Shown: positions 20,992-31,122 of the stretch, piece after piece
How the letters are laid out: every line of letters begins with the position of its first letter
Position numbering within the stretch: position 1 is the first letter of the stretch
Assembly: GCA_963717465.1 (NCBI GenBank)
Contig: OY970340.1
Coordinates: forward strand, 2,304,001-2,368,000
Source of the DNA: Candidatus Bathyarchaeota archaeon
Lineage (GTDB): Archaea; Thermoproteota; Bathyarchaeia; Bathyarchaeales; Bathycorpusculaceae
Length of the DNA: 64,000 bases
Reading direction: 5' to 3'
Translations under genes and position numbers: made by a program
Notes under the pieces: generated by a model
The model's input: only the letters and a program-made list of their open reading frames with translations
Databases searched by the model: none
What the model was told of the DNA's origin: nothing

Positions 20992-21230
20992 TCTAATCGA
21001 GAAAAAATAGATTCTGAATCTTTAAAGAATTTATGAATTAAGAATACTAATTAACAATCAATTTACGCACTTCTGGCAGAGATTTTAAAAGGCAATAATT
21101 CGCTTTTTAATGCTTTGGTCTCTTTTATGTTTCCAAAGGGTTCAAGCTTCAAATCCTGACGCAGTTTAGAAAACTGACTTTTAACTGTTTTAAGAAAACG
21201 TGATCGCCTTATATTGTTGAAGATGATTTG

Positions 21231-21575
21231 TTAATAATTAGGAATTAGATGGTATTTAGAGGTGAATGGAACGCCTTTATACGTGATTGAGCGCGAGACA
21301 GGGCTCCTGTCTGTTTGCCGGTTAAATTTGCGATCAGTAACTCGCACTTCATTATGCTCTGAATCTATAAAATACTCAAAGCGCGGCAGAGCTTGAGTGT
21401 AACTTTTCGTCATCTCTTCCATCCTAACGCTGACAGCCTCATGCACAAAGTCATCAATATTCTTGTATTCAGGATGCTCTTTGACAAAGCGTTCAACTTG
21501 CTCAACTAATTCACGCTTTAAACTGACTCCTCGAAATCTTTGACGTCCTTTGTTTCCTTTGATATTTTGCTTCTC
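21231..21575 (-). pseudogene. Ribbon-helix-helix protein, start codon apparently lost
   Basis: The open frame upstream of the tracked ORF reads RFRGVSLKRELVEQVERFVKEHPEYKNIDDFVHEAVSVRMEEM, with no in-frame start before a TAA. Confidence 0.6.
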
Positions 21576-21737
21576 CCTTCTGTGTTAGCATGTGTATTGG
21601 GGTGTTATGGTATTTTTGTCATAAAAAATTTATGGGTAGTTGAATCAGAAAAATGTCAAAAAGTCGCCTCTAAATTTATAGCATATATATCATAACTATG
21701 CCACAAAACTTATATTCAAAACTTGAGCAAGTAATCA

Positions 21738-21950
21738 ATGTGGCATATTTACCACAGGAGTGCAGCAAAAATTCCACTAAAAAATGAAGATTTCAGAAGT
21801 ATCAGCTTAAACAATTGTTTGCTCCACGAAGCTGAAGATCTCATCAAACTAAACCCACAATACAAAGACCTAACTGAATTCGTCAGCGAAGCAGTACACC
21901 TTAGACTTGAAACATTAACCAAGAAAGCTGAAACGGTAACGAGGATGTAA
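21738..21950 (+). CDS. Ribbon-helix-helix (CopG-like) protein
   Basis: FRSISLNNCLLHEAEDLIKLNPQYKDLTEFVSEAVHLRLETL aligns by eye with the divergent RHH gene. Confidence 0.65.
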   Translation: MWHIYHRSAAKIPLKNEDFRSISLNNCLLHEAEDLIKLNPQYKDLTEFVSEAVHLRLETLTKKAETVTRM

Positions 21951-22056
21951 TTTTTGCCTAAAAACCTTAACCTTATTTGTACTTTAAAATTATTCAATAA
22001 TAAGCAAACCCGCGTGTTTCAATCAACATCAACTGAATGACTTTTAGCTATCACTG

Positions 22057-22680
22057 GTGAAGAAAGTGAGTGAAAGGAAAACGACTTTAATGGTTCCTGA
22101 AGCTTTCAAGCAGCTTCTTGAAGATATTCGCCTGCTAAAATCAGATGGCGACAACCCTAATAAAATGACGATCAGACAGAAAGATGAAACCTGGAAGAGT
22201 CTAAAAGAGTTCGGTTGGACCGACCCGATTGTCACTAATAAAGAAGGGTTTTATGCCGATGGCGAGCAACGCGTTTCTGTTTGTATTGCTCATGGAGAAT
22301 TTTGGGCACCCGTACTTAGGCTTGATTTATCGGATGCGGAGCGTCGCCGTTTAAGGCAAGTTCTTAACAAGTTGAAAGGCAAACACAACAAAGAATTAGA
22401 TGAAGCGGATTATCGGCGTATTGTTGAGGCAGGAGAAAAGGACCAATTAGAATCTTTGTTACAGGCTGTTGGAGAGAAGCTTCCTGCAGAAATGGGTGGT
22501 CCCCTTGATTCATCGCTTATGATTCCGGGCAGTTATGAGCTTTTGATTGAGTGTAAAGATGAGACTGATCAAAAGTTGTTGTTTGATCTTTTTAAGTTAA
22601 AGCAGTGGTCACCTACTGAAATCCAGACGTTTCTTGAACTGTTGTCTAAAGGCTTGAATGTTAGGGTATTAAATATTTAG
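22057..22680 (+). CDS. ParB/Srx-like N-terminal domain protein
   Basis: DNPNKM....LKEFGWTDPIVTN...ADGEQR...N.LKG.H pattern typical of virus-encoded ParB-like proteins. Confidence 0.75.
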   Translation: MKKVSERKTTLMVPEAFKQLLEDIRLLKSDGDNPNKMTIRQKDETWKSLKEFGWTDPIVTNKEGFYADGEQRVSVCIAHGEFWAPVLRLDLSDAERRRLRQVLNKLKGKHNKELDEADYRRIVEAGEKDQLESLLQAVGEKLPAEMGGPLDSSLMIPGSYELLIECKDETDQKLLFDLFKLKQWSPTEIQTFLELLSKGLNVRVLNI

Positions 22681-22692
22681 GAGCTGTTTTAG

Positions 22693-23373
22693 TTGGATTT
22701 TGATTTCAAGTATTCGTGGAGTGCACCTAATTCTTTCCGGGCTCAAAGCGTGATTGGCAGTTATACGCTTGTTGACGTGAAATTGGAGAAGTGCTTTAAG
22801 GGTCGATTGCCTATCGATGAAGATGATTGGCAAATCGGCACTATTGTCGGTCGTAGCGGCAGTGGCAAGACAAGTATCGCTAAGAGGCTGTTTCCCGACG
22901 CTTATATTCGAGGTTTTGACTATTTGCATGATTGTTTCTTAGACGATTTTCCAGAGAACATTCCTATCGCTGAAATCGAGAAAGCCCTGTGCAGTGCTGG
23001 TTTTTCTGAGCCGCCTCATTGGCTTAAAAGCTACGCAGTTCTTAGCCAAGGGCAGAAAATGCGTGTTGATATTGCACGTGCACTGTTGTTGGATAAACCA
23101 TTGATTGTTTTTGACGAATTTACCAGCGTTGTCGATCGAGACATCGCCAAGGTAGGTGCTATAGCAATCAGTAAGGCGGTAAGGAGAAGCAAAAAGAAGT
23201 TTATTGCCGTAACGTGTCATTTTGACATTGTAGACTGGTTAGAGCCTGACTGGGTTTTCAACACTGACTCGATGGAATTTCTTAAAAAAAAAGAAAGCAT
23301 CCAGAGATTAAGCTCGAAGTATGCAGTTGCCCTATTCAAGTTTGGAAAATGTTTCGGGAGCATCATTATTTGA
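22693..23373 (+). CDS. Soluble ABC-type ATPase (virus-associated), probably frameshift-fused to the downstream GNAT
   Basis: Walker A GRSGSGKT, signature LSQGQKMR, Walker B IVFDEFTSVVDR, H-loop VTCH; no permease nearby. Confidence 0.85.
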   Translation: MDFDFKYSWSAPNSFRAQSVIGSYTLVDVKLEKCFKGRLPIDEDDWQIGTIVGRSGSGKTSIAKRLFPDAYIRGFDYLHDCFLDDFPENIPIAEIEKALCSAGFSEPPHWLKSYAVLSQGQKMRVDIARALLLDKPLIVFDEFTSVVDRDIAKVGAIAISKAVRRSKKKFIAVTCHFDIVDWLEPDWVFNTDSMEFLKKKESIQRLSSKYAVALFKFGKCFGSIII

Positions 23374-23786
23374 GCGGTACCTTAGCACCTCAATGCCGCT
23401 GTTATGCTGCATTGTTTAATGGTAATCCGGTGGGTTTCATTGCAGTTATGCATGTGCACATGAATACACGATATTTTAGGGTAAGTCGCTTAGTGGTTTT
23501 ACCTGATTTTCAAGGAATCGGCATCGGTAAAAAGCTTCTTAATTTTGTCGCTGAACTTTACACTTCACAATTGAAAGTTCCATTTTATATTTTGACCACT
23601 AACCCGCAGATTATTCGCGGTAATCTTGACTGCTGGAATGTTAAGCGCGTTGGCCATACCAGCATAGGCAGAGGTTGTTCTACAATTGACGAAGGCCTCA
23701 GACGAAGTGTTAGCAGAAATCGCTTCACAGCTTCACTGCAATATAAACCTAAACAAGAAAGGGGGAGCGTTTCTGTTGACGAATAG
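23292..23786 (+). CDS. GNAT-fold acetyltransferase (reading frame open from the A9 run at 23284-23292)
   Basis: RKHPEIKLEVCSCPIQVWKMFREHHYL...RVSRLVVLPDFQGIGIG acetyl-CoA binding motif. Confidence 0.85.
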   Translation, partial: RKHPEIKLEVCSCPIQVWKMFREHHYLSGTLAPQCRCYAALFNGNPVGFIAVMHVHMNTRYFRVSRLVVLPDFQGIGIGKKLLNFVAELYTSQLKVPFYILTTNPQIIRGNLDCWNVKRVGHTSIGRGCSTIDEGLRRSVSRNRFTASLQYKPKQERGSVSVDE

Positions 23787-23946
23787 ATGCCGAGTTTGCC
23801 GTAAGAAGATCACAAGAGCAAATAAAACTGGTTACTGCAAGGAGTGCTTTGGTCGTTTTATTCTAGCACCCAAAGGTGCAGCCGCTAACTCAAAAAAAGA
23901 AAACAAGAGCAGAAAGATACAAAACAAGAATCTTGAAATAGGGTAA
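23776..23946 (+). CDS. Small basic Zn-finger protein
   Basis: CRVC...TGYCKEC; TTG start overlapping the GNAT end, GGGGGAG upstream. Confidence 0.55.
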   Translation: MTNRCRVCRKKITRANKTGYCKECFGRFILAPKGAAANSKKENKSRKIQNKNLEIG

Positions 23947-23968
23947 ACATGCAGTTGCATATTAAATG

Positions 23969-24198
23969 TTATGGATTATCTGAAGATTTTCCTTTTAGGC
24001 AATAATATTGTTGGTTTAGCTTGTAATCATCCCATACTGTACATGTTGGACATATGCAGCCGTTACCTATAACATTTTTTTCAGCGTTTCCTTTACCGCA
24101 AAATAATATTCCAGTTAATTTTGAAGTTTTATAAGTGGGGCAGACAGGACAAATGCAAAGCCTCATATTTTTTCATCGTCTCGTACAATATTGAGCAT
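23969..24198 (-). CDS. DUF2769-like Cys-rich metal-binding protein (probable 1-nt indel near the start)
   Basis: CICPVCPTY..LFC..G..GCICPTCTV..YYC. The upstream ATG (MLNIVRDDEK) is one base out of frame at an A6 run. Confidence 0.75.
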
Positions 24199-24483
24199 AA
24201 AACAACCAAAATAATTTCGAACCTATATCTAATAATTGAATGTAGCTACACAATATTGATACAAAAATTGAGGCTCAACGATAATTTAATGTTAGATATG
24301 TGAATGCATGTTTTTTGTGATAAAGAAGAAGGTTCGTACAAGTATGAAAGTTAAGCAACTTGATTAAATAAAATTTTCCGTTATTAACAAATCAGCCTTA
24401 TTAACCAATCTATACATAGTTTATTTCAAAATAAAACAGTTTCCGAAATTCTTATTACTAATTAAAAGATAAACTAGATTAAA

Positions 24484-24909
24484 ATGACAAATCAATCAAT
24501 TCCGGAAAGACCCACAGCAGCATATATTCTCTCTTTAATCGGTGGAGTATTAGGCCTTATCATTGGACTTATTACTCTTGTTTTCGGAATAGGAATATGG
24601 ATCTTAATAGCCAGCATTATCGTAATTGTTTCAGCCCTTGAATTGAATGCCCATCCTTTTGAGCACACAAAATGGGGCATAATAATAATTGTTTTTTCGA
24701 TAATCGGATTAGGTTCGCTGCTTGCTTTGATAGGCGGCATTTTAGCGTTAGTCTATAATCCAAGAACCGTTGCTCAACAAACATTAGCAGGTAACATTAT
24801 GCGAATTTGTCCACAATGTGGCAGAGTATTAACAGAAGAAATGAAAAATGCAAAATATTGTCCATATTGCGGAAAAGATTTAGAATCAACAGCAACACCA
24901 GCCACTTAA
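24484..24909 (+). CDS. Membrane protein with C-terminal zinc ribbon
   Basis: PTAAYILSLIGG, hydrophobic helices, CPQCG...YCPYCG. Confidence 0.8.
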   Translation: MTNQSIPERPTAAYILSLIGGVLGLIIGLITLVFGIGIWILIASIIVIVSALELNAHPFEHTKWGIIIIVFSIIGLGSLLALIGGILALVYNPRTVAQQTLAGNIMRICPQCGRVLTEEMKNAKYCPYCGKDLESTATPAT

Positions 24910-25326
24910 GATTAGATCAGAACATTTGCTCTTGAAAACTTGATATAAAATGTGATATCATTGCAGACGAGTTTAGACAACGGCCAAAAGCAATTTTAGT
25001 TCCCATAAACAGCATAAAATCTGGTTAAAGAAAAAATCAAAGAAATTTGTAAGAAACCTTTGTTGTTTACACTATTTAATGTTCAGTAAGCCATGATTTA
25101 ACTTTGAGGTCGCTTGGAAAACTATTAAGTAATTAATCCTCGGAGAAGAAAAAGGTTATACATGAAATGAGCTGGACGCAAATAAAGGCTTGATTCTACG
25201 AAAATTACCATTCTAATTTCTTAAATGTTGCTTTCAAATTCATAAATTATTAATCTTATTGCATTAATGTTAATCTTAATGCAAAAAACTTAAGGCTAAA
25301 ATGAGTTTTAGGGAAAATACACTGTT

Positions 25327-25524
25327 ATGCGTGGTGAAAATGACATGGTTAAAAATTTGAAAGTTATTGGCGTTGAAACTATAAGTGGAGAAGAGCATTA
25401 TGTTGTTACCAGTTATATGGTTGATGAACGTAAAGATGACGCCATGGATTTCGATGAGGTTAAAATAAAAGGAAAGATGAAAAAAGAAGCATCCAAACCG
25501 CTCCGTCTAATGCGAGCTGAATAA
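25327..25524 (+). CDS. Small hypothetical protein
   Basis: Isolated ORF with protein-like composition; GGTGA before the internal ATG. Confidence 0.5.
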   Translation: MRGENDMVKNLKVIGVETISGEEHYVVTSYMVDERKDDAMDFDEVKIKGKMKKEASKPLRLMRAE

Positions 25525-25805
25525 TTGTTAACATATTTAACTTAAGTAACGGGTTGGACGTAATTTTAGTTCACCGACTGAAAACTAGTGGTTTTTAAAA
25601 CAGATTATATAGTAACTTAAATTATTTTATTTTTGCAATTTGCTAGAATTTCCTTTTGATGCAAGAGAATATCGTTTATATTCCTGTAGTTAATTCGCAG
25701 AATTGATTGGAAGTTTTCAATCAATTCAGTTATAAATTAATAAACGTATAAAAATGAAAAATGGAGGAAATGCAAACAATTAGAGTGCGCATTTGCTTCT
25801 ATAGT

Positions 25806-26477
25806 TTAGCTTATTTTCTCAAATTGGTCTTTTGCTGCGCCGCAAATGGGACAAGCCCAGTTTTCAGGTAGTTTTTCGAATGGAGTTCCTGGCGGAATGT
25901 TTGAGTTTGGATCGCCTAAAGCTGGGTCGTACACGTAACCGCATACTTTGCAGGAGTATTTGGAACTTCCGGTGGCTTCTGGTTTTGTTTGTTCATTTTT
26001 GAGAGCCGTTTGTTCAAGTGCTGGAGCTGATTTGGTATTAACGCTTTCTGCAACGCGTTTTCCAAAGGCTTTGCATAATTCAAGCATATTGTTGTCAGGT
26101 TTAAAGTTTGATAATAAAGGAGGCTCAGTTACATTCATTTCGAACTTGAATTTTAGGATTTCAAGAACGAGTTTTGGTGCTTCACCTGTCCAGCCGTAGG
26201 AACCGAAAGCTGCACCTATTTTGCCCTTTAGGTTTACGCCTTTTACTGCTGCTCCCTGTAAAAGTTGTTTAATATCATTTGGCATATCATGATGGTAAGT
26301 CGGTGTTCCAACAAATATTGCATCAAACTTCCCAAGTGTTTCAGGATTCCCCAAGAGATTACGAACATGCGTAAATTCAACTTCGTTGCCACCACTTCTA
26401 GCACCTTCGACCACTGCTCTAGCCATTTTTTCAGTATTTCCAGTTTGACTGCAATGAAAAACAAGAATTTTAGACAT
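25806..26477 (-). CDS. Flavodoxin-rubredoxin fusion protein
   Basis: [15 protein letters not shown] and AFGSYGW (flavodoxin) plus [10 protein letters not shown]...WACPICGA (rubredoxin). Confidence 0.92.
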   Translation of the reverse strand: MSKILVFHCSQTGNTEKMARAVVEGARSGGNEVEFTHVRNLLGNPETLGKFDAIFVGTPTYHHDMPNDIKQLLQGAAVKGVNLKGKIGAAFGSYGWTGEAPKLVLEILKFKFEMNVTEPPLLSNFKPDNNMLELCKAFGKRVAESVNTKSAPALEQTALKNEQTKPEATGSSKYSCKVCGYVYDPALGDPNSNIPPGTPFEKLPENWACPICGAAKDQFEKIS

Positions 26478-26767
26478 TTATAAAACCTCACTTGTTTCTA
26501 TTAAATTATATAGCAAGACAAGCAAGCAATTAATAAAATTTTTGTTAAGAATGCGCTCTTTTCAAAAGTAGTCTTAAGAACCAAAAATCTAAGTAAAAAA
26601 TTAATGAACAGGTGATTTAGCAAATATTAAAATTAACAAAATGAAATTAAAGTATGGCTTTTTGTTTTGAGAGCTTGACCGTTTGAGACACGTAAGTTAT
26701 TAGGCAGGCAAAAATTAAACACGCTTAGATCTTTTATTGAATCGTCTTCTTAGGATTAAATTTATGC

Positions 26768-27115
26768 CTAGCTTGATTCTCTAAAAGTATATCCGCAATT
26801 GGTGCAGCGCATAAATTGGGTTGAGGATTCATCGGTGCCTCTTGTTTGAACTTGCCAAACATAAGCTGTATTGTTTGAGCATTTTGGACACTTAATCAGA
26901 ATGGTAGGTTCCACGCTGAGCTGTTTTTCCTTATCTATTACCGCTACCATCTGCTTGGGATTGTGCTGGGGAGTTTTCAATAGAAGCTTGCCTTCTGCAT
27001 TCTTCTGTTTGTTTTTATAACCACATTTTTTGCAGGTTAACACTATCAGGGCTGACGGTCCTGAGGCAACAGTTTTTGGAACTAATAGAGAACCACATTT
27101 TGGGCAGAAATCCAT
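26768..27115 (-). CDS. tfs: Transcription factor S (TFS / RpoM family)
   Basis: MDFCPKCG, CKKCG, CPKC..QVQTRGTDESSTQF.RCTNCG with the acidic DE hairpin. Confidence 0.92.
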   Translation of the reverse strand: MDFCPKCGSLLVPKTVASGPSALIVLTCKKCGYKNKQKNAEGKLLLKTPQHNPKQMVAVIDKEKQLSVEPTILIKCPKCSNNTAYVWQVQTRGTDESSTQFMRCTNCGYTFRESS

Positions 27116-27265
27116 ATTACGACTTCCATCACTTTTTTAAAACCATCATTCAAATTGCTCAGAGTAATTAATTAACCTAAGTTGCTGAACTATAGCAACA
27201 ACGTAGATTTATGAATAACATTTCAAAATTCCTTGTCGAAGGAAAATAACCCTGTTAGTTCGAAG

Positions 27266-27859
27266 TTATTCATTTGTTCCGAGTAGGTATCCGCCGAAGC
27301 CGATTAAGCTCATAAGTGTAGGGTAAGTTATCATTCTCTCCATGCCGCCAACACCGAGCCCCAGATAATTGTACTGGCTAGTCGTGAAAAATAAAACGGT
27401 TGCTAATAGTGTTGATGCGCCTAGAATAACAGTCAGATACTTGAATGGTCCTTTTGTTATTTTATAGAATGAAATAGAAGATATCCCTCCAAAGATGAAT
27501 GCTAAAAGAGCCCCGATAATATGCATTACTGGAATACCGTTTATGATAACAGTGTTTTCAGGGAAAATCCCCACCAGTAAGGAGCCAAGACCTGCAAACG
27601 CAAGAAAAACAGGGACTGCACGATTTTTGAAAGCTTTGCAAACAAAGTACGAGCTTGCAATCACAGTCAAACCTAACAACATGATAGACGGATTAAAAAT
27701 AATCGCAGACGGACGACCCCAAGGGCCTAAGTCACTAATATAATTAAGTGAAACGCTATAGCCAGGGTATATTGCCTCCGCAATTATTAAGAATATGATA
27801 AATTGGGCACCGCCCACGAAAAGAAGTGTTCCAGCTATCTTTGAATTGCCAAGTGGCAT
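27266..27859 (-). CDS. DUF998-like membrane protein
   Basis: YPGYSVSLNYISDLG, VGIFPE, H..GA and GGMERM motifs. Confidence 0.8.
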   Translation of the reverse strand: MPLGNSKIAGTLLFVGGAQFIIFLIIAEAIYPGYSVSLNYISDLGPWGRPSAIIFNPSIMLLGLTVIASSYFVCKAFKNRAVPVFLAFAGLGSLLVGIFPENTVIINGIPVMHIIGALLAFIFGGISSISFYKITKGPFKYLTVILGASTLLATVLFFTTSQYNYLGLGVGGMERMITYPTLMSLIGFGGYLLGTNE

Positions 27860-28147
27860 AACTAAAAATGACTTAGCGCTTGTATTTCAAGCTTACCTTT
27901 TTTCGAAGCTAATTTTCTTTTGAGAATGCTTACTGCGGCCTTATGTATAGTATAGATAATATTGTTCTGAATCGATCATTATAAAAATAAATAGAAAAAA
28001 CTTGACAGCTTTTGAGTCATGTTTTCGTCCAAAGCAGAAATGACATCTAAAATGACCAAAGGGAAAATACCGCTTTCAAAAACCAATTATTATTAGTTAG
28101 TGCAGAATCACTTTCTTTTTAACCCAGCTTCCAGTTGAATCATTAAT

Positions 28148-28768
28148 TCAATCAACCTTCTGCTCGGTGGTTTTCTGCTCTGAACTTGCCTGCTCTTGCT
28201 CAGGACTTGCCTGCATTTGCTCAGGACTAGTCTGCTTTTGCTCAGAGCTTGTTTCCTTTTGCTCAGAGCTTGTTTCCTTTTGCTCAGAGCTTGCCCGCTC
28301 TTTTTTAGCTCTTGGTTTGCTTTTATTTGCTTCGTATAGTTCTTCAATGGCTTGCTCTTTGGTTTTGCCTTGAGCGATTTTTTCTTTTATTTGGGATTGC
28401 AGAAGAGTTTCAGGGTTTAAGGATCCACGTTTTTGATTTTTTTCTATCATCTTATCGATCATGGGTTGGAACTTTGTTTCATCGATGTCTGACTTTATCC
28501 AGGTTAATGCTTTCTCATTTGATTTTGTTTGCTCTCTTGCGAATTCTTCTTCCATTTGCTTTGATGAAAGGCTGACATTAATCATGTCCTCAACTTCTTT
28601 AAGAATGAAATATATTGCAACTGCAAGAATTAGTATGAGAAGAATTAATGAGCCGACAAGTTCAAGTACAATATTATTTGAAACGAAAAGAACCAGCATT
28701 ATAGCTAAAAAAATGATATCGACAGCTATAATTTTTAAAGTAATTATGAAAGCTCGGCTTAATTCCAT
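28148..28768 (-). CDS. Membrane-anchored hypothetical protein with C-terminal heptad repeats
   Basis: Two N-terminal TM helices, a charged domain and (A/T)S(S/P)EQxx repeats. Confidence 0.7.
   Translation of the reverse strand: MELSRAFIITLKIIAVDIIFLAIMLVLFVSNNIVLELVGSLILLILILAVAIYFILKEVEDMINVSLSSKQMEEEFAREQTKSNEKALTWIKSDIDETKFQPMIDKMIEKNQKRGSLNPETLLQSQIKEKIAQGKTKEQAIEELYEANKSKPRAKKERASSEQKETSSEQKETSSEQKQTSPEQMQASPEQEQASSEQKTTEQKVD
28170..28295. repeat. 21-bp coding tandem repeat, about 6 units
   Basis: TTGCTCAGAGCTTGTTTCCTT-like units, contiguous with no spacers. Confidence 0.85.
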
Positions 28769-29161
28769 GCTACCATGACCCCTAAGTTTTAATTTTTAGT
28801 AGTTAGAGCTTCTAGTATTTCATTGTTATGGTAACCAGTCTAAAAACGCTTCTAAAAAAGATTATTCCGAAAACGTAAAAAATCTGGTTATGGTACTTGC
28901 AAGCAGAATTTCTTCTACGCATAGTGTTTTCATGTTTAATGTACAAGTTGTTAGCTGTTGAAGAAGTTAGTTAGAAGTGCAATAAGATTCATTCATATAA
29001 GCGCTAATACACCAGCAAAAATTAGCGTGCAAAGGAATGTTTAAAGATTTAAATTGCAAGCGTTAAGTGCAGATATCCTTTTCTTTGAAGCTGATATTGC
29101 AAAGGATTTTTCTCGAATAATGCTGCTAAGCACAAGTCTTATATTTGAATCTAGTGCAAAA

Positions 29162-29697
29162 GTGAACTACCCGCCCCTCACGGGGCGAGCATCTTCAATT
29201 AAAAGCAGTTGATGCATTCTTCAATTTTTGCGCTAGTTATAACGCCAACAGTACGGACAGCATAGCCCTCAGACCACAAATACCTACCCCAAAGCTGCAG
29301 CTTAATCTGCGGAAACTCTTCAAACAGCACCCTAGCAGAATTACACTTAAGCACACGAACCATCTCTGGAATGCATATCTTTGGCGAAGCAGAAGCAAAC
29401 ACATGCACATGATCACCACCATGAACCCTAACAGCCAACAGTTGAAAACCACCCTGCATAGCAATTGTCTTAAATACTTCCAGCAACCTAACCTCAACTG
29501 AGCCTACGAGTACCTTGCGGCGGTATTTAGTGGCCCAGATAAGGTGGTAATTAGCTTGATAAGCACATGACCTTGCTTTCTCCAGGTCTATCACCTCCTT
29601 ATATAATGGTGACAGACCATCGGGCAACAGAGCTAATAGAACTGACGCATTCATCCTGCCGCGTTAGCGGCAGGTATTCTGGCTAGGTTTTTTATAA
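29162..29697 (-). mobile_element. IS200/IS605-family element carrying tnpA only
   Basis: Subterminal hairpins CGCCCC-TCAC-GGGGCG (29172-29187) and CCTGCCGC-GTTA-GCGGCAGG (29655-29674) flank tnpA. End coordinates are approximate. Confidence 0.85.
29199..29594 (-). CDS. tnpA: Y1 (HUH) transposase TnpA, catalytic Tyr apparently mutated
   Basis: YHLIWATKYRRKVL, DHVHVF, LWSEGY. IEECI appears where IxxYI is expected. GTG start 29594 after AAGGAG. Confidence 0.88.
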   Translation of the reverse strand: MIDLEKARSCAYQANYHLIWATKYRRKVLVGSVEVRLLEVFKTIAMQGGFQLLAVRVHGGDHVHVFASASPKICIPEMVRVLKCNSARVLFEEFPQIKLQLWGRYLWSEGYAVRTVGVITSAKIEECINCF

Positions 29698-29704
29698 ATT
29701 TTGG

Positions 29705-30883
29705 TTGAAAATAAACAAACAATCGAAAAAACACCAAAAAACTCTGAATCTTGTATTGCTATGCATATCAGCATTTTTCTCTCAGGCATGCATATTCTCG
29801 TACTACGGTCAAATTGCTAATCAGGCATTGTCATCTGAATTCAATGCTCCCGCTGCCGTAGCAACGCTGCTTCCAATTGCTCCGGGCATTGTAGGAATAT
29901 TCGCGCTCGTCCTTGTTGGAGTCTCGCTGATAGGAGTGGCAGAAGGAAAGAATTGGTTATGTTTGGCCTAGTGTTTGCAATAATATTCAACGGTCTATTG
30001 GCTCTATCAACTAATTGGCCTGAACTGCTAATATTTCAAACCCATAGGTGGAGGAGTATACACTTCAGTCATGCTCCTTTTCGTCGTATTCTTCATTTAT
30101 CAGCTTCTGGAAAAAAGAGGCATGGCGGTTGGATTGTACATGGGACTGTCGACTTTAGGCTCATTCATTTTTGCTATATTCGGCGGTATTTGGGCACAAA
30201 CCATCGGATACTATATACTTTACTGGGCTGGAGCTATTCTCGGCGTCTTAACACTAATATTTCTCCTACCGGTGAACATACCACGCGTTAAAGCAGCAGG
30301 TGTATCAACCGCAGGGTTCGGAAAAGCCATCACTAATCGCGCGTATATTATCCTGGAATATTATGGCTTCTCAGCAGCTTTGGAGTCGTCGCATATCAAG
30401 CAGCAAGTCAGGTGGTTCTGAAAAATCCATCAGGTTATGGAGCAAATCTTCCTGCATCAGATCTAATTTTCATCGGACTTCTATTCGCAGCCGCTAGCGT
30501 ACTAACCGCACTTGGAATGCTCTTTGGAGGCGAACTGACAGACAAGATTGGACCTAGAAGGATAATGGTTATAGGTGGCTTGGTGGCAGGAGTAATAGCA
30601 TTAGCATTTCCGTTCGTCACAGCACCGATAACTATTCTGGCTCGTTGGATTATTCTGGGCGTTGGCATATTCAACGCCAGCAGCTTCTGCGACCGCCAGC
30701 GTAGGACGTGAGCTAGCAGGAACAGCCGTTAATACTGTCATTGCGTTCTCATCGATAGGTTCAGTTCTTGGCGCAATTGTTGTGGGGATATTGTTAGCAT
30801 ATGGCTGGACAACAGCATCTCTCGCTGTATCAATTGTTATATTAGCATTTGGCATAATTGCGTTTGGTACACCAAAAACTTAA
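29705..30883 (+). pseudogene. Decayed MFS transporter (paralog of 33016-34230)
   Basis: Five out-of-frame fragments share LNLVLLCISAFFSQA, EKRGMA.GLYMGLST, GGELTDKIGPRRIM and ELAGTAVNT with the intact copy. Confidence 0.9.
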
Positions 30884-30991
30884 AAAAACAGAAACACATT
30901 GATTGAACTTTTCTCTAATTACCAATTTTTTTATTTTATTATAAAAAAAATTTTTAAATTTGCTAACATAAACTGGCCCTATTTACGTGTT

Positions 30992-31122
30992 GAGACTGTG
31001 TGAAAACTATTTTTTGCTTTGAAAAGTTGCAATGTTTGTCTGAAAAATTAAGTGTTAGCGGGTATTTTTAAACATTGAAAGACGCAATTTTCAGAAATGT
31101 TTTTGACTTTTCACACAGTCTC
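30992..31122. mobile_element. 131-bp MITE with 15-bp perfect terminal inverted repeats and 4-bp target duplication
   Basis: GAGACTGTGTGAAAA (30992-31006) and TTTTCACACAGTCTC (31108-31122), with TGTT on both sides. Confidence 0.85.

Noticed and set aside
19390..23950. Complete provirus
   Set aside because: No capsid, portal, large terminase or intact integrase is visible; only a remnant is supportable.
28170..28295. 21-bp repeats as a CRISPR array
   Set aside because: The units are contiguous with no unique spacers and encode in-frame heptad peptide repeats.
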